The notes below the pieces were generated by a model, which saw nothing but the letters and a program-made list of their open reading frames with translations, ran no database searches and was not told the DNA's origin. Below, one piece after another: positions 24,133 through 36,316 of a DNA stretch of 64,000 bases (positions within the stretch are counted from its first letter, which is position 1; each line of letters begins with the position of its first letter). The DNA is taken from contig BROI01000005.1 in assembly GCA_027923505.1 (NCBI GenBank), positions 1 to 64,000 of the forward strand, written 5' to 3'. The DNA is from Mayamaea pseudoterrestris. Its lineage: Eukaryota. Made by a program: the position numbers and the translations under genes.

Positions 24133-24704
24133 TATGCTGGTAACTTCAATCTTGGTCTTGGTCGATGCGAGCTAAGCAAGCAGACGCTTTATATGATGAC
24201 AGGCACGGACCGAACCGATCAAGAACAAGACCTATAGAAGCAAATCCCTTAGCTGCCGCTACAGCAAGCTAGCAATCGGCAAGATTGTAGACGCAACCTT
24301 CAACGTGCGATCAGAACATGCCGCAAACGGCCGATGAAAGTGGAGAGAACCTCGCTCTATCGAAACGGCGTCGAGCGATGACGTCCCACTCACCCGTGAC
24401 TGGACTTTCAAAGCGCGGCGCCCGCGCTACTTTGCTCCTGAAAAGTGATTCATTGGCGTTCGACAGACAAGAAACGGACATAATTAAAAAATGTATGTCG
24501 AACGCCGCTAAGTCACCATTCACGATTAAAAAATGACGCAACCGAATGATTAGCTACCTGATCTTGTGCCGCGCTTTCACCCGCCAAATCGTTGTCGGCA
24601 GCAGTCCATGCAACTTACGTAGCATACAAGTACCCTCATACAGTATTTTTGAGCAAGCTGCTAGCTGTTGTTCATGTCTACGAAAACGCAATTTAAATTA
24701 GCAG

Positions 24705-26415
24705 TCAATTACTTCCCGCACTCTCATATGTAATATGCGGCGGCCGAATTTGAAAGCCCAGTCCATCATTTCTTGTAATGTCGTAAAGAACGCCCGCTCT
24801 GTGTAAGGCAAAGTACATATGCTTGCCGTTCGGTGAAAATGCCAGTCCTGTTGCTTCATCCCCGCCTTCGCTCGCGCCGACGATTGAATATGGGCCTTGC
24901 GCATTGCGCGCGGTAATTTGAAACGCATTGTCCGCATTCTGTGAATAGTAAAAATTGTCACTGGCATTTACTTCCTTGATTCTCACGAGCTGATCATACT
25001 GGCCGTCTGTGGATTGCTCCGAGTAGGTTCCTTCCAAGAGGTCCAAGACAAACATTCGTTTAAATCTCTTGGAAACAAAATATAGGCAATTTTCATATTG
25101 ATCAACGCTTGTGGGTCCAGGAAAATATTCTTCAGCATTGACTTGAGCTTCGTCGGCATTGAATGTCCAGTCAAATGTCCTATCATGGGGCTTTAGCAGT
25201 AAATACATGGTTGTCCCTGGGCCAAGAAGCATGTTCCAAGGATTCGACCAATCGACTTGATCGGGAATGAATCTTTGCAAACTGTCATTTTCGCCATCAG
25301 CGGTAACGAAAAAGTGAGGTCCAGACTTTAGTAATGTCCAATACGCAAAGGAGTTAACGTGGCCACCGTCCGTCTCCTCGCCAACGGTTATCATAGAGGT
25401 ATCCCGTTGACCGGTCGGATCCACTTGATAGCAACGCCCATTGGTAGAGTCTTCACAGCTGATCCAAGCGTCCCAAGGTGTCTTGCCGCACCCTCTGGAG
25501 TTGTTCGTACCGGTAGACAATATAGTGTACTCTATCGCCATGCCATCGTTGTCGAATGTCAGCGCTCCTATATTGCCTTGCTCGTCCGCGTTGCTCACGA
25601 AAATCCAACCACCACTGGAAGTATGAAACGTTTCTCCCAAGTTAGTTTCTGACTGAAACGTACTGTGAGAAGCCAACCCAGTCGATGGATACTGGACTGG
25701 CATGCCAGCGGTTGCAATGATCTTGGACGACAAGCCTTGGGACAACACAAGGTGATTTTCTGATACGACGAGCTTGCCGGGAACATATTCCATTGAAGCT
25801 ATAGACGACATGTTGGCGGATTTTGATCGTCTTTGCAAAAAGACGACGGCAACAGTCACGAGCAGTACTGCCAGTCCAAGGACTGCTGCTGTAACAATTG
25901 CCGATCGCTTGGGATTGCCGCGCATCTTTCGCACGAAATTGATCCGAAGGCTCTTGGCTATGGATACTCGCGGTGTAGACGGCTCCGTAGACTCCTCAAA
26001 ATCGTCATCGTCGAAAGCAGGTGGACACTCCAACGATTTCTGATCATCCGACCAAGTCTGAGATACGGATGCATCGGCATTGTCGTCGGACAAGGATTTT
26101 ACCTGATGATAGGCTTTGGTGACCTTTTTAGCTTTTTTCTTGGCCGAACGCATCGAAACGGCGCGACTGTCCGCTTCTTTCTTTGCCTTAATTATTGAAT
26201 TCGACGATTTTGGTTGTGGCAGTGCGCTTTTAGACCTGCTGTCTTTCTCAACTGGCGGCTTGCCGCAGTACACCACTTTCCTCATTTGCTCCAGTTTCTC
26301 CTTGTCTAAGTCACTGGAATGTGGGTCAGTTTCAGCTTTTGACGTATGAGCAGACAGTCTTTCATTGACCTTTTCCTTCTCGTCCTGTAGGATGTCACTA
26401 CCGGCTTCGATATCA

Positions 26416-26447
<32 letters not shown>

Positions 26448-26513
26448 TATACTGGGCGATTGACTCTCTTCGTCACTCATTTCGGACTGCGTCATGTATA
26501 TACAAGCATTCAA
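24705..26513 (-). CDS. Second PhoX/DUF839-like paralog with degenerate metal-ligand motifs
   Basis: Same architecture as, and clear similarity to, 20132-22030 (GKTPW, GRCYQVDPTG, DWSNPWNMLLG, GLAFSPNGKHMYFA). The start codon is uncertain. Confidence 0.8.
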
Positions 26514-27300
26514 ACATTGGACTCCTTGTTTTTGAAACAGTGAGGGGAGAAAAGCCGCTGCCCTTGGTCGAAGTTGGCCGCTCCGTGATGGATTTGGCGA
26601 TCACGATTCACATCAACGATGCGACGTCAATCGTGATCTTAGTACCGCTCTGACTTTAACGCGGCGCACCAACATTGCAACCATCCGCCATCCATCAAGC
26701 TGGACGATGCTTCACCCATGATACTTACGATAGAGCGGCAGTCTAATGGCATGTACATGGTATCAAAAAGGCGACGCAAAAGATGCCAATGAAAGCATAT
26801 AAATTGACTTTAAACCTCAGTGGCTCTGGCTGCATCCATGATACATCGGCATGCCACTGGCTGCTGGCTGCTTCTATTAGATGGCTAGTTTAGAATTCAC
26901 CATTGCACGATTTAGCTCATGATGCTCTATTGAAGGACTTCAATTGGAACCTGCGTTAGAACTTGTCCGCCATGACTAAGACGCATTCATGTACTCACAA
27001 GATTGGCCATGTGTGACGAGGTGCTCGCTGAAAATTTGTGGCTAAAACGGAAGGAGTATGAGTCATGGTGTAATTTTGGCCTTGAGCAAAGCCCATCGCT
27101 CATTCTTCGACCTGCAAGTATAGCAGTTTTGTCGATCATTCCGGGATAGGAAACCATTCGTCTTCCGAGTCATTTGTATTGAATCAGGACGGAACGAGAA
27201 TCACTCTCATTGCAACACAATCTGCAACAAAATAGCTGAGCAATCGCGCAGCGCCCTCATCCTTCACTCGAATCAAGTATTTCAAACTTCAAACGTAACA

Positions 27301-28422
27301 ATGATGGACATCAATCAGACCCGTCATGGGCGAAGTGCCGCCATGATGATTGTAATTGTCGCCTCGGTGGGATTGCTGTGCTGCTACCATGAGCAGAATG
27401 TTCGACGACACTTTTCTCCAAGCTCAATTGCGAATCCAGAGAAGGTCCATCTCGAAACTGAACGCCGAAATCTCATGCTTGCTGGAATAGACCTTGATGT
27501 AGATGAGTTGCACGACCTTGTCATGGTCAAGCGTTACAAGACGGACGAGCCTTCCATGGCGCCAAGCCTTGCACCTGCATCTCGCCCGCCACTCGGCAGG
27601 AAACAACGAAAGCGCCAACGAAACCGGCGAAAGAAGCGAAACAGCAGTCCATCCTCCATTGTTCCGACCCAGTCGCTTGGTACGCAAGCACCAACTTGGG
27701 TGTATTCGTACATGCGTGGGCCAGAGCCAACTGCGGAAATTGAATCAGCGGCACCATCAACTTTGAACACAACGAGCGAGCCTTCAATGGCGCCATCGCT
27801 AGTCTTGACGACAGCTCCTCCAACCGTTACAATTGGAAATGAGAATATGAGCGACAAAAGAAACAGAAATCAAGTTATAAAAGATCAAGAGCAGTCCATC
27901 TCGTTCATGACTGAAGCACCAACTTTTCAGTTGGCAACGGAAACTCCAACTATCGGCATTATTGGCACGCATCCTCCAACACTTACTCCCCGCAATATGC
28001 AGCCATCATCTGCTCCAACTAGATTGACAGCTGCTCCATCCTTTTTATTTGACAACATGGAAGGAGTCCCGACCACTACTCCAGTCAAGATGCGCATGCG
28101 TAAAACCATTGCACCAACCGTTCGCATGCGGCGCCGACGATCCAAGACAGTGGCACCGACGCGCCGCATGCGACGGCGTCCACCGACGATTGCCCCCACG
28201 CGGCGCAAGCGGCGCACCATTACGGCAGCACCAACGGCAAATGCCGCCGCTCCATTGACATTAACACCTTCGAGTGCAGCACCAACGAGTACAGCACCGT
28301 CCGTCGTACCCGATCCCACCCAGGAACCAACGGTGCACATGTTTACCGACTTTTGGCCGACGCCGTCGCCAGTGATTGCGACGGAGCTGCCGCAGTCGGA
28401 AGTGAATGGTAACAGAGATTGA
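27301..28422 (+). CDS. Secreted or anchored Pro/Thr-rich protein with Arg-rich repeats
   Basis: Hydrophobic N-terminal segment, RRNL (RxL) site, xAPT/xAPS repeats and poly-Arg blocks. Confidence 0.7.
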   Translation: MMDINQTRHGRSAAMMIVIVASVGLLCCYHEQNVRRHFSPSSIANPEKVHLETERRNLMLAGIDLDVDELHDLVMVKRYKTDEPSMAPSLAPASRPPLGRKQRKRQRNRRKKRNSSPSSIVPTQSLGTQAPTWVYSYMRGPEPTAEIESAAPSTLNTTSEPSMAPSLVLTTAPPTVTIGNENMSDKRNRNQVIKDQEQSISFMTEAPTFQLATETPTIGIIGTHPPTLTPRNMQPSSAPTRLTAAPSFLFDNMEGVPTTTPVKMRMRKTIAPTVRMRRRRSKTVAPTRRMRRRPPTIAPTRRKRRTITAAPTANAAAPLTLTPSSAAPTSTAPSVVPDPTQEPTVHMFTDFWPTPSPVIATELPQSEVNGNRD

Positions 28423-28685
28423 GCGCAGTCGTAGTGGGTGGCGGTTAGAAGGAAGTTTACATGGATGCCTGGAAAGAACATTTTGCGCGAGCAGAACTTC
28501 AATAATACATGTGCTTTAGTAGAAATCAATAAGATAAATAAATTTAATTGTGTATGATTCGGTGCTTAAGCAAGACTACGAGTAGACTGACAGTTCCAGT
28601 TGCAAATAGAGGTTTACATGTGTTTCCTCGAAACAAAGTATACTCAAGACCACATCTACCACCAGCAGGCACTACTACTGGAATT

Positions 28686-29621
28686 TTATGACAATTGCGA
28701 AAGTAGTTGATCCGCGGCTCGCTCCACGTTATTGTTGGTCGCCTGCAGCGTTCGAACCACTTGATCTTGGTCAAAGCCCATCATGACGAGCTGCTCAATG
28801 GCGGCTGGATTTGCCTCCACAACAACTGGTCGCGGCGGAGCAGCAACTGGTCGAACCATTGGACGAGCATTTGCCGCAGCCGCAGCATGATGATTCAAGA
28901 CGTTTAGTCCATTGGCTGCTGTGGATATCAAGACGCGCGGTGGCGCTTGCACCTTTTGCAGCAGCAGCGTCAAATGACTGGCAAGCCCCATGACGTTTGG
29001 AAACTGCAGTTGGAGCTTGCAAAACAAGCAGCAAGCCATCATTCCCAATATAGCGGGTTGCAGTCCCTCTTTGAACAAGACTAGGCCAAAGAGGGAGTAA
29101 AAAATTGACTTTTCCGATGCTTCCAAACCAAGAATAGAAAAGAAGCTTGGGTATAGTCGAGGCGCGTAGCAGTAGTAGAGCCACAGGCAAGTCCCCAGCA
29201 GCGGAAACGGTCCGTCGTAACGTTTGCCTGGTATGACATTGAAAGTCAGTAGCTCAAACAGTATCACGAGCGCATTGCAGACGAAACATAGCCATATGAA
29301 CCGCACGCTTCCAAGCTCACGCTCATATCTTCGCCCAAACGTCCCCAGCAGTATACCTCCAAGTAGGAGAGAACCTGGCGCGGAAAAGGTCAATTTACAA
29401 ACCATCAGGCGAAATAATATAGTAGCTATGCTCGCCGTTGGTTCATCGTTGTCGTAATAGTCGTATAGATGCCAAACGTTTCGCATCAGGTACAGCAGCA
29501 AGACTTGGGCGAGGAGCAATTTTGTCACTGGCGCGCCGTCAAACATTTTGAAATTCGAGGCTGCTGCTGCTGCATGATGACTGCGAGCGGCGGCGGCTGG
29601 AGGTACTGCTGGAGGGACCAT
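28686..29621 (-). CDS. UBAC2/Dsc2-like rhomboid-fold protein with C-terminal UBA
   Basis: APVTKLL, RRYERELGSVRF, several TM segments, SEKSIFY; UBA IEQLVMMGFDQDQVVRTLQATNNNVERAADQLL. Confidence 0.8.
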   Translation of the reverse strand: MVPPAVPPAAAARSHHAAAAASNFKMFDGAPVTKLLLAQVLLLYLMRNVWHLYDYYDNDEPTASIATILFRLMVCKLTFSAPGSLLLGGILLGTFGRRYERELGSVRFIWLCFVCNALVILFELLTFNVIPGKRYDGPFPLLGTCLWLYYCYAPRLYPSFFSILGLEASEKSIFYSLFGLVLFKEGLQPAILGMMACCLFCKLQLQFPNVMGLASHLTLLLQKVQAPPRVLISTAANGLNVLNHHAAAAANARPMVRPVAAPPRPVVVEANPAAIEQLVMMGFDQDQVVRTLQATNNNVERAADQLLSQLS

Positions 29622-29797
29622 AATGTTAAAAATGCGCGGGGATTTGAAAGTAATTTGATTTTGTCATCATGGTCGCGACGACGAGAGCGTTTCGGCCTTT
29701 CAAGATCGCAGCGGTTCTCATGCGACACGACGCTGCAAGGCGATCGTCGCGAGCCTTTCGCCATAATCCTCCATCAAAGTGTTTCAACTCCTTAACC

Positions 29798-30697
29798 ATG
29801 AACATTTCCTTGAACAAGAAACAACAATCAAAGAAGAGCAGTAAACTACTGGGATTCGGCTTGAACAAGCGCAATGTTTTGAGTGCCGGCGACAGTGACG
29901 ATGATGATGAAAACTCGAACGACGACGACGCTGCTCCTTCGTCGCGGTCCATTGTCAACCAAGCCATTGCGCAGGAGCAAAGCGCACTTCGCCAGCGAGC
30001 AGAAGCTGCTTTGAAACATGTATCGGCGAATGACGTTTACGACTATGACGGCGCCTACGATGACATTCACGCCAAACGACAAAGGAAGCACGACGAACAA
30101 GAATCGCTTCGCAACGACAATGCCAGCAGACAGAGTCGCTACACGGAGCAACTGCTCAAAACCAGTCGGGAGCGCAAGTTCCAGCATGAAATCATCATGG
30201 AGCGAAAGATTGCCAAGGAGCAGGAGGCCGAGTCCATGCAAGCCGACTTTCGCGACAAGGATGTCTTTGTGACGGCTTCCTACAAGCGCAAGCTGCAGGA
30301 GCGAAACTTGTGGCTGGCGCAGGAAAAGGAACGTGATGAAAAGGAAGAGAGTGTTGAAAGTAAGGGTATGGCTGGATTTTATGGTGGGCTCAATACGAAC
30401 GTTGCATTGGGGCATGGAGAGAATGAGGTTGCGATGGCACCAAAGTTGAATGACACTGCTGATGTGAGGGAGTCTACTACTCCTAAAGATGAACCATTGG
30501 AGTTCATGAATGGATTTGAACGTGCCAATGATCATGTTGCTAGTGATTCTGACGCCAATGAGCCTGCTGCAACAGAAGGCGTAGTGCAAAATATCGATCC
30601 CAACATTGCCAAGCGCGAGCAAATTGAAAAGAAGCTTGCCGACGCTCGTATCAGATACTTTAAACGGCACAATATGCTCGACAAGCTATCTCAGTAA
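29798..30697 (+). CDS. NSRP1/CCDC55 (DUF2040)-like splicing regulator
   Basis: VYDYDGAYDDI, SRYTEQLL, ERKIAKEQEAE..F.DKDVFVTASYKRKLQE, C-terminal DARIRYFKR. Confidence 0.8.
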   Translation: MNISLNKKQQSKKSSKLLGFGLNKRNVLSAGDSDDDDENSNDDDAAPSSRSIVNQAIAQEQSALRQRAEAALKHVSANDVYDYDGAYDDIHAKRQRKHDEQESLRNDNASRQSRYTEQLLKTSRERKFQHEIIMERKIAKEQEAESMQADFRDKDVFVTASYKRKLQERNLWLAQEKERDEKEESVESKGMAGFYGGLNTNVALGHGENEVAMAPKLNDTADVRESTTPKDEPLEFMNGFERANDHVASDSDANEPAATEGVVQNIDPNIAKREQIEKKLADARIRYFKRHNMLDKLSQ

Positions 30698-30761
30698 AAT
30701 TTAAAGATAATAATAATAATAATAATTGGAATACGTGAATCATTGTCAGACGTTCTCTTTC

Positions 30762-31353
30762 TTAATACGCGGTCCCATCCGCAGGTTGACGAAGCTTTCG
30801 GTTCGCATCCGTCGTCATTTCCAAACGAATACCCGATAAGACTTGCTCAATTCCGTGGTTACGGTTCCAGTTCTTGGTGACATTGAGCTTCTTCTCCATG
30901 ACGATACCATGCTTGTCGACGCAAGCCATGTTGATCTTGGTGATGAAGCGAACCTGCGGAGGAACGGCAGGGTAGTTTGGCGGGCAGTGAATTCGGAGCT
31001 CGTACCAGCGATCAGCATAATATGTCTGTGATGCATTGGAAAAAATCATGTGCGGAGCGTGAGTATGTATTTGTATACAGTACTATGTAAAAACGGCGGA
31101 CGAGACCTCAAACGATTGACAAAAACAGCAAAACCGCAAGCCCATTCGTTTCATTACTCTCGCGTCGCAGTTTACTTACTCCAACGGGTCCCAAAATTCC
31201 TCCGTTCCAGTCCGTCAAGAAAGTGTCAGCAGGATCACTGAGTCCAAATGAAATGCTCATTTCTCCGTGACCCTTTTCGGATTTCTCCAGCTCCTCCAGC
31301 AGCTTGAAATTGCGTGGTACTACGACGACTTCACCAGCCGGAGTTTTCTGCAT
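30762..31353 (-). CDS. UEV1: Ubiquitin-conjugating enzyme variant UEV1/MMS2; exons 31353-31180 and 31025-30762
   Basis: VPRNFKLLEELEKSEKG..ISFGL..WNGGILGP; YELRIHCPPNYPAVPPQVRFITKINM; NRKLRQP. GTAAGT..CACAG intron. An extra upstream exon is possible. Confidence 0.9.
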
Positions 31354-31631
31354 ATCTAATTAATAAGACTAAAATGAGAGAGTATTTCCGGTGCAAACTT
31401 GCGACAAAGATCAGCAACTACGGCGTGGAAGCAGGGAGGGTTGATGCTGTGTGGTCACTCTTCCATGGTCGAGCATTTTCCACGAGAATGCCTGTCGTAG
31501 CGGTTTCAAGCACTGTCGCAGCGGTTCTACTGTGACACGATTGCCGACAACCACAAAAATCAACAAGCATTTTGCATCGAACAAATAATTACGATACCCT
31601 CTGCCCATATATCTTGAGCTCGTTTACGAGC

Positions 31632-34600
31632 ATGGCTCCCGAAGGAAGTGGAAAGTACGTTTCTTGGGGTCATGTCCGAGCTTCTCCATCTGGATCCAGC
31701 TTGACTCATGCAACCGATGCCAAAAATGAGTGGCGCGAACGACACTTGACGTCGGATTCGATTCACGTTGCACCCCAAGGCTACGATCATGTTCATGGAC
31801 AGCAAGTGATAGACAAGGTTGATCAATCATATCTAGGTGGATCATCTGACAATACAGGAGAATATTCGGCTCCTACCTTTGAGGAGCAGCATGACTTTGG
31901 AACAGTACCGACCGGCGTTCCAGACGATGCACCAGTTGGATCGCTCCAGCAAAAGTGGAGGCTCCTTCCGTATTTCCTTAGCCTTCGCTCACTACTACGC
32001 CAACATATTGACTCCTTTGACCATTTCATTGAAAAAGAACTCAAGCAAATAGTATTTAGTCCATCCGCCCGCGAGATTCGCAGTGAGCATGACCCAAAGT
32101 TCTACTTGAGATATGAAGACATTTTCATTGGATCGCCTTCGGTCGACGAGGAATCCTTCAGCACGCAACCAATGACGCCATTTTACTGTCGGATCCGCGA
32201 CTGCACCTACTCGGCGCCCATTTATGTCACTGTGAGATATACGCGGGGACGGCAGATTGTTGTCAAGCGCAACGTTGTCATTGGGCGCATGCCAATCTTG
32301 CTGCGCAGCAAGCATTGCGTACTCAACCAACCGGAGCAAACAGAGGCGCAGCATAAAGAGTGTCCACATGATCCAGGTGGCTACTTTATTATCAAGGGAG
32401 TGGAAAAGGCAATCTTGATTCAGGAGCAGCTTTCCAAGAATCGAGTCATTTTGGAGGACGATCCAAAAGGAAACCTTATTGCGTCCATCACATCAGCCAC
32501 GCATGAGCGCAAGAGTAAGGCGTATGTTATCATGACGCATCGGACAGGGACAAGTGCCGGTCAAGTTTATTTGAAGCATAATACGCTCGGTGAAGATATT
32601 CCTGTGGCTATCGTCATGAAGGCCATGGGCGTGGAGACGGACTTGGAAATGGTGCAACTGGTGGGAAGCGAGCCAGAAATATTGAATGCCTTGGCGCTTT
32701 GCCTAGAGGCGCCCATTAAAGCTGGTGTTCATACGCAGGCACAGGCGTTGGCCTATATTGGTGCCAAGATACGGGGTGGTCAAAATAGCCGCGGCGGTGG
32801 CGGATTTGCGCAAACATCCTACCGCAAGCCGCTTAGCCCCGAGGATGAGGCGAGGGAGGTGTTGGCGTTTGTGGTACTCAGTCATGTGCCAGTGACAAAC
32901 TATGATTTTCGCATCAAGGCCATTTATATTGGTCATGTCATTCGTCGAGTGTTGCTGGTTCATTTGGGTAAGACGCCGCTGGACGACAAGGACTATTATG
33001 GTAACAAGCGGCTGGAGTTGGCTGGAAATTTGCTGAGTCTACTGTTTGAAGATCTTTTCAAGCTGTTCAACAAGGATCTGAAGCGACAGGCTGATCTGGT
33101 ATTATCGAAACCCAATCGAGCACAAGCTTTTGACGTTGTCAAGACGATTAGGCCTGATACAATTACGAATGGCTTGATCAATGCAATTGCGACGGGAAAC
33201 TGGGTGTTAAAGAGATTTCGCATGGACCGCGCTGGAGTTACGCAAGTCTTGTCGCGTCTTTCATACATGTCGGCATTGGGCATGATGACAAGAATTAATA
33301 GTCAGTTTGAGAAGACGCGCAAAGTTAGTGGGCCGCGATCATTGCAGACATCGCAATGGGGCATGCTTTGTCCGGCCGACACGCCAGAGGGGGAAGCATG
33401 CGGTTTGGTCAAAAACCTTGCTCTTTTGTCGCACATTACGACTGACGAAGCTGATACGCAACCGATCGAACGCCTCTGCATTGATTTGGGTGTAGAAGAT
33501 GTTCGAAGAATGTCTGGCCACGAAATTCATTCCGAGGAGTCTTTTCTTGTATTTCTCAATGGTCTTATACTTGGTGCGCACAAGAAACCGCATGAGCTAG
33601 TGCAGAATCTCCGTTTCATGAGGCGTCGGGGATTGGCTGGAGAATTTGTCTCCGTGCATATAAACGAAGGCCAGCGAGCTGTACATTTGGCGTCGGATGG
33701 TGGTCGCGTGTGCCGCCCCTTGCTAATTGTTGACCATGACACGGGCCGGCCAAAGCTAAAGCAAATGCATTTAGAGGCTCTTGCGATGAAGACAATAACC
33801 ATCCGCGATCTACTGAAGCAAGGCATTGTCGAGTATCTGGACTGCAACGAATCCAATAATGCGCTGATTGCCGTCACAGAGCGAGACCTCGAAGTCGCTA
33901 TCAAAAAGGGGCTTGATAATGTTAAAATGCGACACACTCACTTGGAAATTGATCCGTTTACGATTCTTGGCGTCGTTGGTGGTGTAATACCTTTTCCTCA
34001 TCACAATCAGTCTCCTCGCAACACTTATACGGTCGCCATGGCGAAACAGGCCATGGGAACTATCGCCTTGAACCAATACGAGCGCATGGATGGACTTATA
34101 TATACTCTTGTGTACCCTCAAAAGCCATTGGTGAAGAGTCGGACTTTGGATCTGGTAAATTTCGATAATATTCCCGGCGGACAGAATGCTGTCATTGCGG
34201 TAATGAGTTACAGCGGCTACGATGTAAGTAATAGATATTGTTTGCTCGTATGGTACACGCACGGGGAATATTATGATGACGTATGTCTCACTCTTTATCT
34301 TGGGGTTTTTTAGATTGAGGACGCAATCATTCTTAACAAGGCTTCTATCGATCGTGGATACGGTCGATGCATGGTCTTGCGCAAGCATCAGACTAGTGTT
34401 CGTCGCTATGCTAACGGAACAATGGACAGGTACGTGATGACCGGCACTACAGATAGGTCAGACTCCTCCGGCTTGCTGACATTGCACATATACACTCATC
34501 GTGCGCAGAACCTGCGGACCTCCGATCGGATATGTAGAAGGCGAAGCTGATAATCGCTACATTAAGTATCAGCCCATTGACAAGGATGGAATATGCCGCG

Positions 34601-35659
34601 TGGGAGAAGAGATGCGACCAGGCTTTGTCATGGTGAACAAGGAATCGCCCGCTGATACGACAACTAACATTGCCGGCAGCGAGTTTGGTTTCAATTCTGG
34701 CGGGTCGTCCGAACTTTCATATAAGCCGTCAAATTTGACCTACCGGAGCGCAGCGCCATCGTATGTTGACAAAGTCCTCATCACTTCGAATGAAAGCGAG
34801 CAGTTTCTAATCAAAGTAATGCTTCGTCAGGTTCGACGACCGGAGATTGGTGATAAATTTGCCTCTCGTCACGGACAGTAAGTCAAGTATGCATATCTAG
34901 GGCTTACGCGAGATATGGCTGATACTTATCATCCTTTTTTGCCTATTCTCTAGGAAAGGTGTTTGCGGCCTGATTGTACGAGAAGAAGATCTCCCCTTTG
35001 ACGAGAATGGTCATGTGCCGGACCTTATAATGAACCCTCATGGTTTCCCATCGCGGATGACAGTTGGTAAGCTATTGGAGCTTCTAGTTGGAAAAGCCGG
35101 TGTCTATTACGGTCGCCAAGGGTACTCGTCTGCATTTGGTGAAGAGTTTGGTTCTGCCGACACTGCAGCCGCTGCCTCCGAGATATTGATGCGAAATGGT
35201 CTAAACTACACGGGCAAAGACATACTCTACAGTGGAACGAATGGAGAACCATTGGACGCATACATATTCACTGGTCCAGTGTTTTATCAAAAGCTAAAGC
35301 ATATGGTGCTTGACAAGGCGCACTCGCGTGCTAGGGGTCCTCGCGCGGTTCTGACAAGACAGCCAACGGAGGGTCGAAGCCGAGACGGTGGACTCCGGCT
35401 TGGAGAGATGGAGCGCGATTGTCTTATTGCATACGGTGCATCGAACCTCATTATGGAGCGACTCATGCATTCCTCCGATGCGTTTTCTGCGAGCGTCTGC
35501 CTTGGTTGCGGTTTGATACAGTACCAGAACTGGTGTCAGATGTGTCGCTCTGGAGAGAAGGTATCAGATATCCGGCTACCATATGCGGCAAAGCTGTTGA
35601 TGCAGGAGCTGGCGTCCATGAACGTTGGTTGTCGCTTGCGTCTGGAGGATGATGTGTAG
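31632..35659 (+). CDS. RPC2: RNA polymerase III second-largest subunit; exons 31632-34223, 34314-34429, 34509-34877, 34954-35659
   Basis: [99 protein letters not shown]; three GT-AG introns. Confidence 0.96.
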
Positions 35660-36316
35660 CAAAGGCCCAAATTACTTAGCGCATATTGCGCCATGACATT
35701 GGGACGACTGTCCCTTTGAACATCTAAATCGAGGTGCAAAGAACTTACATCGATACATAGACTAGAATGATGATTTGCGAGACCTCATTGTTGTTCTTCT
35801 CTGAATTATTTTAAAATCACACAAAAGAATTTCGGTCGTTCCACCAGCCGGCTTGCTCGCAGAAACCTCTAAGTGACCGTCGGCTCGTTCCGTTGAAGTA
35901 ACCTTCACGCCGAAAGGGCTATAGTAAAATGTGTTTGGAAAGCGTGGAACGCGATTTATCGGAACGAGGCGTCTGGCACATGCATCCGACGACGACGAAA
36001 CTGCCGATGCAGTCAATCCATTCCAGTCATCATTCATTCGGCAGGAGCAAGGGACTTTCCATTCATCACTACTTCTAGTCGACGAAATTTACTTGAGAAG
36101 CAAATAGAAATCATTAAGTAGGCAGCAGACGACCATCGACTGACTCCTTGCGTGCAACTGAGCAACAACAACTCCTTCTCCCTTGGACTGCCTCCATCTT
36201 TTCCAATCCATTCGACCGTCCCGCAGCCAAAAAGCAAGACGAACTGTCGAGTCGAGTCGAGCGGAAGCAGCAATTAGCAGCAATCCTGAAAAATAATACT
36301 AGGAGCAGCAGCAGCA

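Noticed and set aside
26416..26446. (GTC)n repeat
   Set aside because: Ordinary coding poly-Asp tract.
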